A DNA stretch of 64,000 nucleotides from an uncultured bacterium (GTDB taxonomy: Bacteria > Desulfobacterota_D > UBA1144 > Nemesobacterales > UBA2774): positions 64,001-128,000 of the forward strand of contig CAWGRW010000009.1 of NCBI GenBank assembly GCA_963825135.1. The letters run 5' to 3'. The notes below the pieces were generated by a model. That model worked only from the letters and a program-made list of their open reading frames with translations, was not told where the DNA came from and did no database searches. The position numbers and the translations under genes are program-made. This document shows, one piece after another, positions 1-10,740 of the stretch; the stretch's first letter is position 1, and each line of letters begins with the position of its first letter.

Positions 1-313
1 CTATGGCGGGGTTTCCGTAGGAGCCCGAGAGAATTCCCTTCACCTTCGCGTACTCCCTTACGTACGTGCTCTCCCCGCCGAGCGGCTCGCGGAACGCGTA
101 ACCCGCCTCCACGAGAGAGTCCCCGCGGAAATGGAAGCCCACCACCGCGTCGAGTCCCATTACGCTCTCCCCGTAGGTGACGTAGCCCTCTCCGTGGCTC
201 AGGGGCGGGACGCCTTCCGAGCGCATTACCTCCTTCTTCGACATTCCCCAGGACGCTCTTCTGAAATCATGGGCGGCGTCCGTAAACCCCGAACGAACAT
301 GGTTGAGTTTCAT
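1..313 (-). CDS. Hypothetical protein, partial (runs off window); paralog of 55033-55641
   Basis: Not in the ORF track. Hand translation from ATG at 313 behind GGAGG gives MKLNHVRSGFTDAAHDFRRASWGMSKKEVMRSEG...FHFRGDSLVEAGYAF...EYAKVKGILSGSYGNPAI, which aligns with FNFRKTTWGMSRDQVKASE...YMFEGDKLVRAGY...DYEKVKENLIKEYGAP. Confidence 0.75.
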   Translation of the reverse strand, partial: MKLNHVRSGFTDAAHDFRRASWGMSKKEVMRSEGVPPLSHGEGYVTYGESVMGLDAVVGFHFRGDSLVEAGYAFREPLGGESTYVREYAKVKGILSGSYGNPAI

Positions 314-426
314 CTCGCTTCCTCCTTTCAGCCTCGTTGTGCTCATATTCCTTATTATGTCGTACGACCGTCTGCCGGATACGGTTAGATCCTTAAAATA
401 TCAGTGAATATCGCGGCCGCAGCCCT

Positions 427-840
427 TCACCTGAACACGTTCATCACGCTGCAGAACACCTTCCCCACGACCATGTCGGGGTCGAACTCCTTCCAGCCCA
501 GCAGCGAGACAGGGTAGTTCCTGTTATACGGCCTCAGCAAAAGCCCGTCCGGCTCCGAGAGGCACTCCCTGATAATGCACCCCTCCCCCGGCACGCTGAG
601 CGCGTAGACCGAGCCTGAGACGATCTCCCTCGACGATACGTCTATGACCACGCTCGCCCCGTCCATGATGAGTTTCTCCATGGAGTCCCCCCTGTTCCGG
701 ATCACGATGAAACCGTCCCGGTAAAGCTCGTTCGGAATCACTATCGCCTGATCGGCATCGAATTTCGCAAGCTCCGTCAATGACCCTCTCCTTACGCGCC
801 GCATTGGAAACGGACGGTGACGCCCGTCCTGTCTCCCCAT
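427..840 (-). CDS. Peptidase S24/LexA-like C-terminal domain protein, no clear HTH; start uncertain
   Basis: IRNRGDSMEKLIMDGASVVID...LLLRPYN...VVGKV is the S24 pattern. The expected catalytic Lys position reads CIIRE. Confidence 0.65.
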   Translation of the reverse strand: MGRQDGRHRPFPMRRVRRGSLTELAKFDADQAIVIPNELYRDGFIVIRNRGDSMEKLIMDGASVVIDVSSREIVSGSVYALSVPGEGCIIRECLSEPDGLLLRPYNRNYPVSLLGWKEFDPDMVVGKVFCSVMNVFR

Positions 841-1219
841 ACCCGTTTCCGGATTCCCCGGAGGATAAATGTCCGCGCATCAACGCCCCGGTCCTGCGGG
901 ATTCGAAAGCGCCCCCGCCGTGCGGAAGCCCCACGATTGAAGATGTTTATTTACCGCCGCTGATGCTGGAGAGTCCCCCTCTCGAAATCGCGGTCTTATT
1001 CATATGCTCAATTCCATTATCCGAAATCGGCAGAGCCATTTCAATCGGGTGATACCTGTATTTTATATAGGGTGTTTATGTAGGAACGGCGCGCAAGCGG
1101 CCGTCGTTACGGAACAATACGGTTCGAAAAAAAATTTTTGCGGATGCGCGTGAACTTGAAAAAACAGTGAAATTCGCGGGGAAGAACGAGGCCCTTCGTA
1201 AAGCGCCCGCCGGAAAAGC

Positions 1220-2224
1220 CTATTTTTTCTCTTCCGCTCCGCTCTTTTTGCCCTTCGGATACCCGACCCCGCCGACGCGCGCCCTGACGAGCGTATACGA
1301 GGCGTGACCCTTCGCCGATTTCTGCTCGTGCGATATGAGCCCGACGCCCTTCGCGTAAACGTCCCTGAACCAGAACGCCCCGCCCTCGGGCATCGTGACT
1401 ACCATCACCTTCCCGAACTTCCCGGCCGGGGTTTCGGATCCAGTCTCCGGGAACGCGGTCGATACGTCCGGGCTGTAGAACGTCTCTACCCCGCCCCTCG
1501 AGGCTACGAAAATTTCTCCGCCCGGCGATATCTTCATGCCCACGCCGGGGATTCCGAAGAACGTGTCGAAGACCGACCACCCGTCGGACTCCGAGACTAC
1601 GGAATTCGTGACCTCGGACACGCCCTTGCTCGTTTCCGCCCTGTAAGTCCAGCTGTTCCCCTTGTCGAGCGGAAGGAATTCCGCGAATGAAATTTTCTCG
1701 CCGCCCGAGAGCACGTTCGTGTATTCCTTGAACTGTCCGAGGCCGGTTCCCGAAGCGAGCGCGTTCAGCCTGTCCTCATCGACGAACCTCACCGCGGCGG
1801 GCGCGGGACTCAGCCTGGCAATGAGATATGTATAAGAGGGCTTGCCGGAAGCCCCCGCGACCGGGCCCGGCGCATCCATCCCGTACATCACCTCAAGGGC
1901 TCCCCCCTCCCCGCTCTCGGCGCCCCTGATTTTTAATACTCCGCCCTCGGCGCTGTCCGATACGATGACGGCGAGCGCGTCCTTTCCGAAATCGACCGGG
2001 GGCAGGGGGCCGGATATGCCTAGCGCCTCTTTCGCCTTCCCGAGCTCTTCCGGGCTCCTTACGAGCGCGCTCTTCATATCGGGCTTCCTGTCGAGAGAGC
2101 CGCTGTAGTATGTGCTTAGCGAGACCTCGCCCGCAGCCGCGGAAATCACAAGGAGCGATGCCAGGGCAAGAACGGTCAAGGCGAGCGGAGCGTATTTGCG
2201 GGGCTTTGTCAGGTTATGTCCCAT
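1220..2224 (-). CDS. Secreted hypothetical protein (PrcB-C-like segment plus beta-rich C-terminal domain)
   Basis: Signal peptide ...LALTVLALASLLVISAAAG; LPPVDFGKDALAVIV; FLPLDKGNSWTY...YAKGVGLI. Confidence 0.6.
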   Translation of the reverse strand: MGHNLTKPRKYAPLALTVLALASLLVISAAAGEVSLSTYYSGSLDRKPDMKSALVRSPEELGKAKEALGISGPLPPVDFGKDALAVIVSDSAEGGVLKIRGAESGEGGALEVMYGMDAPGPVAGASGKPSYTYLIARLSPAPAAVRFVDEDRLNALASGTGLGQFKEYTNVLSGGEKISFAEFLPLDKGNSWTYRAETSKGVSEVTNSVVSESDGWSVFDTFFGIPGVGMKISPGGEIFVASRGGVETFYSPDVSTAFPETGSETPAGKFGKVMVVTMPEGGAFWFRDVYAKGVGLISHEQKSAKGHASYTLVRARVGGVGYPKGKKSGAEEKK

Positions 2225-2281
2225 ATAGACATAATTATACTTACAATCACGGAGTGCAGGGGAAGGTCGATGCATCTTGGG

Positions 2282-4507
2282 TCAGGGCCGTTCGAATTCG
2301 TTTATAGCCTCTCTGAACTCGTCGATCTTGAACGGCTTCGCGAGGAACCTGTTGCCGGTGCCGTATATGAAATCGACCGTCTCCGCGCTCGGGTCCCCCG
2401 TCATGAAGAGCATCTTTCCGGCCAGCACGGGGTCAGTCTCCATGACCCGCCTGTAGAACTCTTTCCCGTTCATCTGCGGCATCTTGATGTCGCAAACGAT
2501 GAAGCTGTACCCCCCGGTTTGTATCATCGAGAGCGCTTCCTCTCCGTTCGAGGCGAAATCGACGCTGTATCCGTCGCCCTCGAGTATCCCGCTTATGAGC
2601 ATGGTAACGAGCTCCTCGTCGTCGACTATAAGTACGGTCTTTCCATTCCCGGAAGCGTCCTCGTCCTCGCGCCCGCCGCCCTCTTCCTCTTCGAAGAGGA
2701 GGTAGTCCGTATAATCGCGGACGGGGAGCTTCACGGTGAAGGCCGCCCCTTCTCCGGGCACGCTCTCGACGGAGATTTCCCCGTCGTGCTCCTTTATTAT
2801 CCCGTAAGAGACCGAGAGCCCCAGGCCCGTCCCGACCCCCGTGGGCTTGGTCGTGAAGAACGGGTCGAATATCTTGTGCTTTATATCCTCTCTGATGCCG
2901 GGGCCCGTGTCCGATATAACCGCTTCGATGTCCCCTTTCTCTCCGGTCATCGTCGTAATAGTGACGACTCCGCCTCCAGGCGAGTACCCGTTAATCGCGT
3001 GGCAGGCGTTCAATATGATATTTGTAAATACCTGGTCTATCTGGGTCGAGTCCGCCATGGTCTTCGGCAGACCGCCGTCGAGGCGCATGACGACGTTGAT
3101 GTTATCGAGCTCGAACTGGTATTGCCTGAACTCAACTGCCTTTCTCAGTATCTCGTTTACGTCCACGTATTCCCTTCTGGGCTTGTCCTTCCTCGCGAAC
3201 GACAGGAGGTTCTCCACTATCTTCCTCACCTTGTCCGCCGAATTGTGAATAACCTCGATGTATCTTTGCCTCTTGTCTTCCTCCGTTTCGGGCGCCGCGA
3301 TGAGCATCTGCGAGTAGCCGAGTATCGGCGTGAGGGGGTTATTTATCTCGTGCGCGATGCTCGACACGAGCTGGCCCAGGGAGGCGAGCTTCTCGCTCTG
3401 AATGAGCTGGTCCTGCGCAGTTTTCAGTTCCTGGTAGAGCCTTTCGAGCTCCTTCGCGCGCTCACCCGACTCCTCGAACATCTTCGCCTTGGAGACCGCG
3501 GTCCCGATCTGGTTGCCGAGCGAGTGGAGTATGTCGAGCTGGTATTTCTCGAACGCCCCGCTCTCCGCTCTCGTGAAATGGATGACGCCTATCGTCTGTC
3601 CCCTGTGCTTGAGCGGAAGCGAGAGGACTACCTTGGAGTCAAACGCGATTCCGAGCGGTTCAACCGGGTCAGGCCCGGCCGAAAGCCCGTTGTAATAATA
3701 CGTCTCGCCGGAGTCTATCACCTTCCAGGTAATGCCCCGGGGATAGGGTATCCTCCCTGCCTTTTCGACGCATTCTTCAGGAAGGCCCCTCTGGACACGG
3801 AGGACCGCTTCCCTCGAATCGCCCTCCCCTTCCACGAGGTATACGCAGACAATGTCTATCAGCTTCATTCCCTCGACCATGTCGAGGAACGTCTCGAATA
3901 TCAGCCTCAGGTCGGCGGAGCCGTGGACCTTCTCCACGATCGCGCCCAGTACGGAAAGGTTCTCGTTTCGCTCCTCGAGCTCGCTCGTCTGCTTCGCCCT
4001 CGCGATGGCTATGGCTATCTGGTTCCCTATCGTCGTGAGGAGCTCGACCTCGCTCCTGGTGAATTTTTCCTCCTCGTATCTCGCGAACCAGATTACGCCT
4101 ATGGCCTTGCCTTCGAGGAGTATCGGCACCCCAAGTATGCCGTGGAATCCCGCCTTCCTTCCGGCGGGCCCGATTTCCTTTACCTTGTTTATGTCGTCGA
4201 TGTTGAGGATCTCGCCCGACATTATTACCTTCCAGGTAATCCCGACGGGATAAGGGATAACGGAAGCCTTTTTTATATAGCCGGGCGGGAAATTCCTGTG
4301 CGCCTGCAGCACCGCCGTGCCCGACGCTTCGTCCTCGAGGTATATGGCCGCCATGTCCACTTTTTCGAGCTCCACGACGAGGTCGAGCGCCGTGTCGTAG
4401 ATACTCTTCAGGTCCGAGGACTTGTGCACGGCCTCGACGACCTTGATCAATACCCTGAGATTGTCGGCTATTCTTCGGGGCAGTCTTAGAGACTGTTTAA
4501 TTTCCAT
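2282..4507 (-). CDS. Hybrid sensor histidine kinase GAF-GAF-HisKA-HATPase-REC
   Basis: Two repeated GAF units; SEKLASLGQLVSSIAHEINNPL; NACHA, DTGPG, FFTTK, GTGLGL; receiver LIVDDE...CDIKMP...KPF. Confidence 0.93.
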   Translation of the reverse strand: MEIKQSLRLPRRIADNLRVLIKVVEAVHKSSDLKSIYDTALDLVVELEKVDMAAIYLEDEASGTAVLQAHRNFPPGYIKKASVIPYPVGITWKVIMSGEILNIDDINKVKEIGPAGRKAGFHGILGVPILLEGKAIGVIWFARYEEEKFTRSEVELLTTIGNQIAIAIARAKQTSELEERNENLSVLGAIVEKVHGSADLRLIFETFLDMVEGMKLIDIVCVYLVEGEGDSREAVLRVQRGLPEECVEKAGRIPYPRGITWKVIDSGETYYYNGLSAGPDPVEPLGIAFDSKVVLSLPLKHRGQTIGVIHFTRAESGAFEKYQLDILHSLGNQIGTAVSKAKMFEESGERAKELERLYQELKTAQDQLIQSEKLASLGQLVSSIAHEINNPLTPILGYSQMLIAAPETEEDKRQRYIEVIHNSADKVRKIVENLLSFARKDKPRREYVDVNEILRKAVEFRQYQFELDNINVVMRLDGGLPKTMADSTQIDQVFTNIILNACHAINGYSPGGGVVTITTMTGEKGDIEAVISDTGPGIREDIKHKIFDPFFTTKPTGVGTGLGLSVSYGIIKEHDGEISVESVPGEGAAFTVKLPVRDYTDYLLFEEEEGGGREDEDASGNGKTVLIVDDEELVTMLISGILEGDGYSVDFASNGEEALSMIQTGGYSFIVCDIKMPQMNGKEFYRRVMETDPVLAGKMLFMTGDPSAETVDFIYGTGNRFLAKPFKIDEFREAINEFERP

Positions 4508-4793
4508 TGGCGAGCATTCCGATAGTGCTAATTATATCTACAGTTGATTTGATTGCGCAAGTACCCGGGGAGGAGTTCATTACATCGGCCGGAATCAGGG
4601 AAACGCGCCGCATGACAGTCCGACTGCGCGGGGCTCAGGCACATGGCCATCGAGACCGGGAGCGCCGAGGAGATTACGAGGCTCCGCGACGCGATCATCG
4701 AAAACGGCCGTGGCCTCGCGATGACGGACATAGAGAATTTCACTGCGGGCTGCGGCGGAAGGGCGGGATCGCAGACGAGCGCACAATGCGCCG

Positions 4794-5625
4794 TCACTCA
4801 CGCCCTTTGAGAAGCCCCGGCCTGTCGAGCGTCATCCCGTCGACTCCCTTCCACGAGAGGAACCGGGCGACGTAGTAATTGTCGATATTCCACGCCCAGA
4901 CGGTATGGCCCCCGCGCTTGAGCCTCCACGCGAGAGACGGGTCGAGGACGTAGGCGGGCCAGAACGCGCACACGTATTTCACTTCGACCGGGCGGGGGAG
5001 TGCCGAACGGATATACGTAGAGGGCTCCGAGGGCCGTGCCCGGCATGAGCTTCCCGAACCGCTCCGCCCACGCAGCGTCGAACGATATGACGACGACCCT
5101 CTTCTCCATCCCGTATCTTTTTAAATACTCTGCGAGGGTATCGCCTATCGCGGGGTTCCCGGCCGGGTCCTTGACCTCTATCAGGAGCGTGGAGGACGCC
5201 CCTTTCATGTATTCGAGCACCGTGCCCAGGTGAGGGACGTGCTCGGCTTTGAATTCTTCGGAAAAGCTGCTCCCCGCGTCGAGGGAATTCACGTATTCCC
5301 ACGTGCGCTCCCTCACCCGTCCCGTGCCGTCCGTAGTCCTGTCGAGAGAGGCGTCGTGCATGAGGACGGGCACTCCGTCCGAGGTGAGGCGGATGTCTAT
5401 CTCTATGAACGGCGCGCCCGCGCTGACCCCCGCCCTGACAGCGGCGAGCGTGTTTTCGGGCGCGAGGGCGGCGGCCCCCCTGTGAGAGAGCGCGTACGTC
5501 TCCCCCTTTTCCGTCATCGACGCGAACACAAGCTCAAGCGCGGCGTTGAGTGCGATGAGCGCGGCCAGGATTATCAGGACCCGCTTTCCGGTCGAACGCC
5601 TTTTGTTCTCGGGAATTTCAGCCAC
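4794..5625 (-). CDS. Glycerophosphodiester phosphodiesterase (frameshift near 4985)
   Basis: SHRGAAALAPENTLAA, EIDIRLTSDGVPVLMHD. The C-terminus VWAWNID...GVDGMTLDRP is in another frame (4794-4982). Confidence 0.88.
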
Positions 5626-5666
5626 GGATGAATGATATAAAAGAAGCCGCGTTTAGTAAAGCCGCG

Positions 5667-7628
5667 TCAGAGAGCGCTCCAGACGTTGAACACGACGAAG
5701 GCGAGCACCCACGCGATAACGAAGCTCCCGCCCAGGAATATGAGCGAATATTTCCTCCCCAGCTCCTTTATCATTATCGCGACCGTCGCGACGCAGGAGT
5801 TATACAGCAGGAGCAGTATCATGAACGAGTACGACGAGGCCGGCGTGAAAGACTGCTTGATCGAATTCCTGAGGCCGTTTTCCTCCGCCGTCTGCCCGAC
5901 GTCGAACGAAGAGAACCCGAGGGTGGCGACCGCGAGGAACGAGTCCTTCACGCTCGTGAGAAGCCCTATGCCCTGCTCCTTCGCGAGCACGAGGAGGTCC
6001 GGACTTGCGGCGCCGGGGGCGGGCACCGGCTCGGACGTCTTATAGATTACCGCCATCGAGCTCAGCACCACCTCCCTCGCGAGAAACGCCGGAATGAGTG
6101 AAGTCGTCGCCCTCCAGTCGTCAAGCCCGATGGGCTTGAACACCGGGGTTATGGCCTTGCCTATAGAGGCCGCGAGGCTCTCGTCCGGGCCCTTGATGCC
6201 GGGCGGGAGGTTCAAGAGCCCCCACACGATCATCGATATGATGAATATCACCGTCCCCGCCCTCCAGAGGAACCTCTTCGTGTGCGCCCAGACTATAATC
6301 GCGACGGTGCGGGACGAGGGGAGCCTGTAAGGGGGCATTTCGAGGACGAAATTGGCCTTCTTTCCCTTCAGGTAAGTCCGCCTCAGCACGAGCGCCATAA
6401 GCAGCGCGACGACAATGCCGATTAGATAGAGCGATATGATTATGACGGCCGGGTGGTCAAAGAAAATGAACGAGAAGAACGCGAACACGACGAGCCTCGC
6501 CGGGCAGCTCATGAACGGTATCATCATGCCCACGAGTATCTTGTCCGTCCTGTTTTCGAGGTTCTTCGTCGCCATTATCGCGGGCACGTTGCAGCCGAAG
6601 CTCAGCAAAAGCGGCGTCATCATGTTCCCGTGGAGCCCGAGCCTGTGCATGAACCTGTCCATGAGGAACACGATCCTGGGCAGATAGCCCGACATCTCGA
6701 AGAACGTGATGAAGAAATAGAGTATCGCGACCAGCGGCACGAATGTCACGACGAACCCCACGCCCCCGATGATCGCCTCGTTCACGAACTTGATAAAAAT
6801 CGCGGGCAGGCCGATATTCGTCCCGAGCGCAGTAAAGCCCGCCGAGAGAAAATTGTTCATGAAGCCGTCTATCCAGTCCATGTACGGGCCCGAGAAATCG
6901 AACGAGATCTTGAACATCAGGTAAAAGAGAACGACGTATATGGCGATGCCGATAAACGGATGCAGCAAAACGTTGTCGAGCCTGTGAGTGAGGCTGCTCG
7001 GCTTCCTCTTCGAAAAGTTGGTCGCCTCCTTCTCCACCCTGTCGGCGAGCTTCCACCTCTCCTCCCCCGCCTCCTCCGAATCCCCGCCCGGCAGCCGGAG
7101 ACTCGCGGCGCCCGCCCCCGCGGGGGCGGGCTTGCCGATTCCGTCGCATAATTCCTGTATGTATTTGAGGAGGGTGTCTATGCCCTCGCCCGACTTTCCG
7201 ACCGTAAAACACGCCTTTGAGCCGAGCATGCCCTCGACCCTGGGGATATCCACGTTGATCCCGCTCTTCCTCGACTCGTCCGCCATGTTGAGCGCGAGCA
7301 CGACGGGCTTTCCGATTTCCAGGAGCTCGAGCGTGAGCAGGAGGTTTCTCTTGAAGTTGGAGAGGTCTATCACGTCGACGATGATGTCAATGTCGTCGCT
7401 CTTGACGAAATTCACGGCGACCTTCTCCGCGTCGGTCGATGCCTTGAGGTCGTAAATGCCCGGCAGGTCGATTAAGTGCAGGTTATGTTTGCCGAGCGTG
7501 AAATAGACTTCGGACTTCTCAACGGTAACCCCGGCCCAGTTCCCCACCTTGAGGTTCTTTCCGGCGATCTTGTTGAGGATTGTGGTTTTGCCTACATTCG
7601 GGTTCCCAGCGAGCCCTACGGTAATCAG
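5667..7628 (-). CDS. feoB: Ferrous iron transporter B
   Basis: The frame extends upstream of the track ORF through LITVGLAGNPNVGKTT (G1), VGNWAGVTVE, DLPG, NMAD, plus gate motifs FGCNVPA and FMSCPARL. No ATG/GTG/TTG precedes G1; CTG at 7628 lies 10 nt after GGAGG. Confidence 0.95.
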   Translation of the reverse strand: MITVGLAGNPNVGKTTILNKIAGKNLKVGNWAGVTVEKSEVYFTLGKHNLHLIDLPGIYDLKASTDAEKVAVNFVKSDDIDIIVDVIDLSNFKRNLLLTLELLEIGKPVVLALNMADESRKSGINVDIPRVEGMLGSKACFTVGKSGEGIDTLLKYIQELCDGIGKPAPAGAGAASLRLPGGDSEEAGEERWKLADRVEKEATNFSKRKPSSLTHRLDNVLLHPFIGIAIYVVLFYLMFKISFDFSGPYMDWIDGFMNNFLSAGFTALGTNIGLPAIFIKFVNEAIIGGVGFVVTFVPLVAILYFFITFFEMSGYLPRIVFLMDRFMHRLGLHGNMMTPLLLSFGCNVPAIMATKNLENRTDKILVGMMIPFMSCPARLVVFAFFSFIFFDHPAVIIISLYLIGIVVALLMALVLRRTYLKGKKANFVLEMPPYRLPSSRTVAIIVWAHTKRFLWRAGTVIFIISMIVWGLLNLPPGIKGPDESLAASIGKAITPVFKPIGLDDWRATTSLIPAFLAREVVLSSMAVIYKTSEPVPAPGAASPDLLVLAKEQGIGLLTSVKDSFLAVATLGFSSFDVGQTAEENGLRNSIKQSFTPASSYSFMILLLLYNSCVATVAIMIKELGRKYSLIFLGGSFVIAWVLAFVVFNVWSAL

Positions 7629-7630
7629 AG

Positions 7631-7849
7631 TTAAGAGACCTCCATTACTCCCGCCAGGTCCTTATCGATGACAAGCTCGACACCGAGGTCGAGTATATTG
7701 AGGATGATGTTTCTGCCCTGAATCCTTTTAACCCTTATCCTGGTCCCCTTCTGGAGTCCCATGGAGCGGAGTTTTTTATAGGCGTGATGGTAATCGCGGG
7801 CTCCGGTAAATACCGCTTCCGAGTTATGGTTCAGATCGAGTATGGTCAT
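7631..7849 (-). CDS. feoA: FeoA family protein
   Basis: 72 aa, KLRSMGLQKGTRIRV motif, directly upstream of feoB. Confidence 0.85.
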   Translation of the reverse strand: MTILDLNHNSEAVFTGARDYHHAYKKLRSMGLQKGTRIRVKRIQGRNIILNILDLGVELVIDKDLAGVMEVS

Positions 7850-7894
7850 CTTGCCTTGATTACCCCTTGATATGATTAGGATTCGGCGTTCAAA

Positions 7895-7942
7895 TGAAAT
7901 TCAATGTCAAAATCAATATATACTATTCCGGTGAAGTGTCAA
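7895..7942 (-). promoter_or_regulatory. Sigma70 promoter of feoAB with a downstream Fur-like box
   Basis: TTGACA (7942-7937)-16 nt-TATATT (7920-7915). TGAAATTCAATGTCA (7895-7909) matches the Fur 7-1-7 TGA-N9-TCA pattern. Confidence 0.65.
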
Positions 7943-8063
7943 GGATAATTTTCCGGTTATCGGGGGCCGGGTTATAAGAGTCCCTCAATACATCAGAAAC
8001 CCCGGGCCGATACCGCCTGTATATAATGTATCAGTATATCCGGAAGAGCATGCGGGAGCACTC

Positions 8064-8367
8064 ATGATAGTCACTATATTCCGCCCGCGCCTGAGACCCG
8101 AGCGTGAGCGCGAGTACCGCGAATGGGCGGACAGGATGGAGGCGCTCGCCCGCGCCATGCCCGGGTTCGTGTCCATAAAGACCTTCTACGCGAGAGACGG
8201 CGAACGTGTCTCGATAGTCGAGTTCGAATCGAAGGAGGCCCACGAGGCGTGGAGGAGGACACCCGGAGCACATGGAGGCGCAGCGTCTCGGGCGCGAAAA
8301 ATTCTACTCCGAATTCAAAATCCAGGTGCTCGAAGATCCGAGGGAGTATGAGTTAAAGAAGGGATGA
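8064..8367 (+). CDS. Antibiotic biosynthesis monooxygenase (ABM) family protein (frameshift near 8260)
   Basis: MIVTIFR...MPGFVSIKTF...EFESKEAHEAWR; the shifted frame continues HPEHMEAQRLGREKFYSEFKIQV to TGA at 8367. Confidence 0.8.
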
Positions 8368-8722
8368 AGAGACAAATGATGATATCGTCACGGCCGCAAC
8401 ATGCTTTATCCGTACGTTCCATTGTGCAGGGCTCGATTGCCTTATGTGCAAGGCGTCCCTTCGTTCGCTTGCTCGCAATCGCCGGAGCATCGCGATGACA
8501 GAAAGTGGTGTCATTTCGACCACAGGGAGAAATCTGCCTTTTATCAACTACGCTTAACCATTTGCCCTCCCGGAACTTCAAGTCCTTTAAAACCTGGTCC
8601 CTCGCCCCAATCCTTATAATCCCACCCATTCTACTATGCCCGCCCCGGCTGAAAACACCGGTTGAAAAGTACCTGACTACCGATTATTATACAGATAAAA
8701 TTATTAATTATGAGGTTAACCG

Positions 8723-9145
8723 ATGTCGAATAGACTGGTTGTCGTATGTTTACTGTTAATAATCACGGTCAATTACGGATGCATGAGCGCGGCCGAGCAC
8801 CAGAGCAGCCTGCCCTCCACACAAGCAGAGGAGATGACCGTAGGCGTCGTGCAGAAGGAAATACGCGTCGGGATGTCGGGGGCCGACGTCGCGGAGGCGC
8901 TGGGCTCGCCCAATATAGTCACGAAAGACAGCGCGGGTAACGAGACGTGGGTGTACGACAAGATCGCCTCCGAGGTGTCCTATTCGAAGGACTCCGGAGG
9001 AACGGGATTGATAATCAACCTGTTCGGCGGATACAACAGGGAGGCCGGGGCGACGAGCACCACGCAGAAAACGCTGACCGTCGTCATCAAATACGACGCG
9101 AAGGGACTCGTCGAATCGTTCTCATATCACGCGAGTAAATTTTAA
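8723..9145 (+). CDS. SmpA/OmlA (BamE-like) domain lipoprotein
   Basis: Lipobox-like YGC; IRVGMSGADVAEALGSP...ETWVY. Confidence 0.7.
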   Translation: MSNRLVVVCLLLIITVNYGCMSAAEHQSSLPSTQAEEMTVGVVQKEIRVGMSGADVAEALGSPNIVTKDSAGNETWVYDKIASEVSYSKDSGGTGLIINLFGGYNREAGATSTTQKTLTVVIKYDAKGLVESFSYHASKF

Positions 9146-9189
9146 CACGGACCGGGCATTCTGATTTTCGTTTCACCGAGGGGGATATC

Positions 9190-9693
9190 ATGAGAACCGT
9201 ATTAGCGTCATTATCGCTTCTGTTCGTATTCGCGCTGTCCTGCGCTCCTGCGGCGAACGTCGCGCCTGAAAAAACTCAATTACAGATACGCGAGTTTCAA
9301 ACCAGGACGTTCGACGTCGACAACGAGCTCATGGTGATGAAGACCGTCGCGAGCGTGCTGCTCGACGATGGGTTCATCATCAAGGACGCGGAAACCGAAT
9401 TGGGGATCATAAGCGCCACCAAGGAAGTCGATATCGAAAACGGCAGCGAGAAGTTTTTTTCTATACTCTTCTTCGGCGCGAACGCGAGGTGGGCGAAAAA
9501 CAGCGTCATCGAATCCACCGTCAACGTAAGCAAGTTCGGCAAGCAGGTAAAGGTACGCGTAATCTTTCAGGTGAAGTCCATGAATAACCGCGGCGAGGTA
9601 ATGCTCGTCCAGCAGGTGGACGACGAGCAGTATTACCAGGACTTCTTCTCGAAAGTGGACAAGGGTATATTCATACAGAAAGAAGGGATCTGA
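9190..9693 (+). CDS. Hypothetical lipoprotein
   Basis: ALSC lipobox; QTRTFD...VLLDDGFIIKDAETELGIISATK; RBS GAGGGG. Confidence 0.7.
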   Translation: MRTVLASLSLLFVFALSCAPAANVAPEKTQLQIREFQTRTFDVDNELMVMKTVASVLLDDGFIIKDAETELGIISATKEVDIENGSEKFFSILFFGANARWAKNSVIESTVNVSKFGKQVKVRVIFQVKSMNNRGEVMLVQQVDDEQYYQDFFSKVDKGIFIQKEGI

Positions 9694-9887
9694 GACTGGC
9701 GGCTCCGGAACTCGCCGGGAACTGACGGCGTCTACCGAACCGTAACTCCCACGTTCCCGAAACCCGGGCCCCCTCGGGCGAAAGACCTGCTTCCGGCCCG
9801 CGATACCTGTTACATTTTTTATTCTGTGCGTATTGACCATACAGCTGTAATTATGCTATAATTCCGAGGTTTAAAGGAGGATCGGAA

Positions 9888-10710
9888 ATGAAAAAAATTA
9901 TTCTGAGTTTGTTTCTGTTTGCTGTTACTCTTATCCGTATCCGGCCCGTCATACGCCATCGATTTCATTAAATTCGGGACCGGTCACGACAGCGGTTTCT
10001 GGGGCACGCCGGATATCGCATTCGGCACTTTCCCCAGCACGGTTCAGTATCTTGCGGAACATGGAAAGAACGAGATAACGTCCATCGATCTTAATGATGT
10101 AAACGTGCAGAACGTTTTCAACGGGGATTTCGGCCATTTTGACGCTATCGTCGTATCCGAAACTATTGTGCCCCTATCGCCCGAATCTTACGAATTGTTC
10201 AGTCGATACGTGAGCGAGGGCGGATGCTTTGTTTTAACTGCCAGTCACGGGGATGAAGACGATTTCCTCAATAACGCGTTCGGATTTAGCGTAATTTCTA
10301 CAGACGCAAGTGACGGGGTAGATACATATCCGCTTCAATCATCCGCGAACGGCACCGCGTTTGCCGGCGGTCCCGGCGGCTTGATCGCGGCTGATCATAC
10401 ATTAGCCTTCAGTAACATTCCGGGTACGGAAATATATAGCGGTCCTACCGGTACGGCAGTATTTACGGATCAATTTGGCATAGGTACGATTAGCGCTCTG
10501 GGTTGGGACTATTGCTGCACGCCCCCGAGTGATCCTAACGCGATCCTCGACTGGTACGAAGCAGTCAACAGGGCGTTTGATCAGTGCGGGCCGCTGCCGT
10601 CGCCGTCTCGTCCTATACCCACAATGTCCGAATGGGGACTCATAGCCATGGCGGGGGTTCTGGGCCTGTTCGGATTGCTGGCGGCGAGAAGAAGAAGGGC
10701 GGCTGCGTAA
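9888..10710 (+). CDS. IPTL-CTERM sorting-domain surface protein (indel within signal peptide)
   Basis: AGGAGG then ATG at 9888 (MKKIILSLFL), out of frame by one base with the 9919 ORF; C-terminus PIPTMSEWGLIAMAGVLGLFGLLAARRRR. Confidence 0.85.
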
Positions 10711-10740
10711 GATTGGACTAATACAACAACGACGATAAGA

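Noticed and set aside
2216..4489. 757-aa plus-strand ORF and other long shadow ORFs (37533-38810, 48563-49876)
   Set aside because: They are antisense or alternate-frame shadows of clear genes in GC-rich DNA and show no motifs.
4560..4790. Possible glyoxalase/VOC fragment (GLRHMAIETGSAEEITRLRDAIIENG) on the plus strand
   Set aside because: Too short, preceded by a stop, and the similarity is only impressionistic.
8400..8620. Small ORFs around GTCATTTCGACCACAGGGAGAAATCT
   Set aside because: No coding signal; it looks like an isolated REP-like half element (similar to ~17617-17641), too weak to call.
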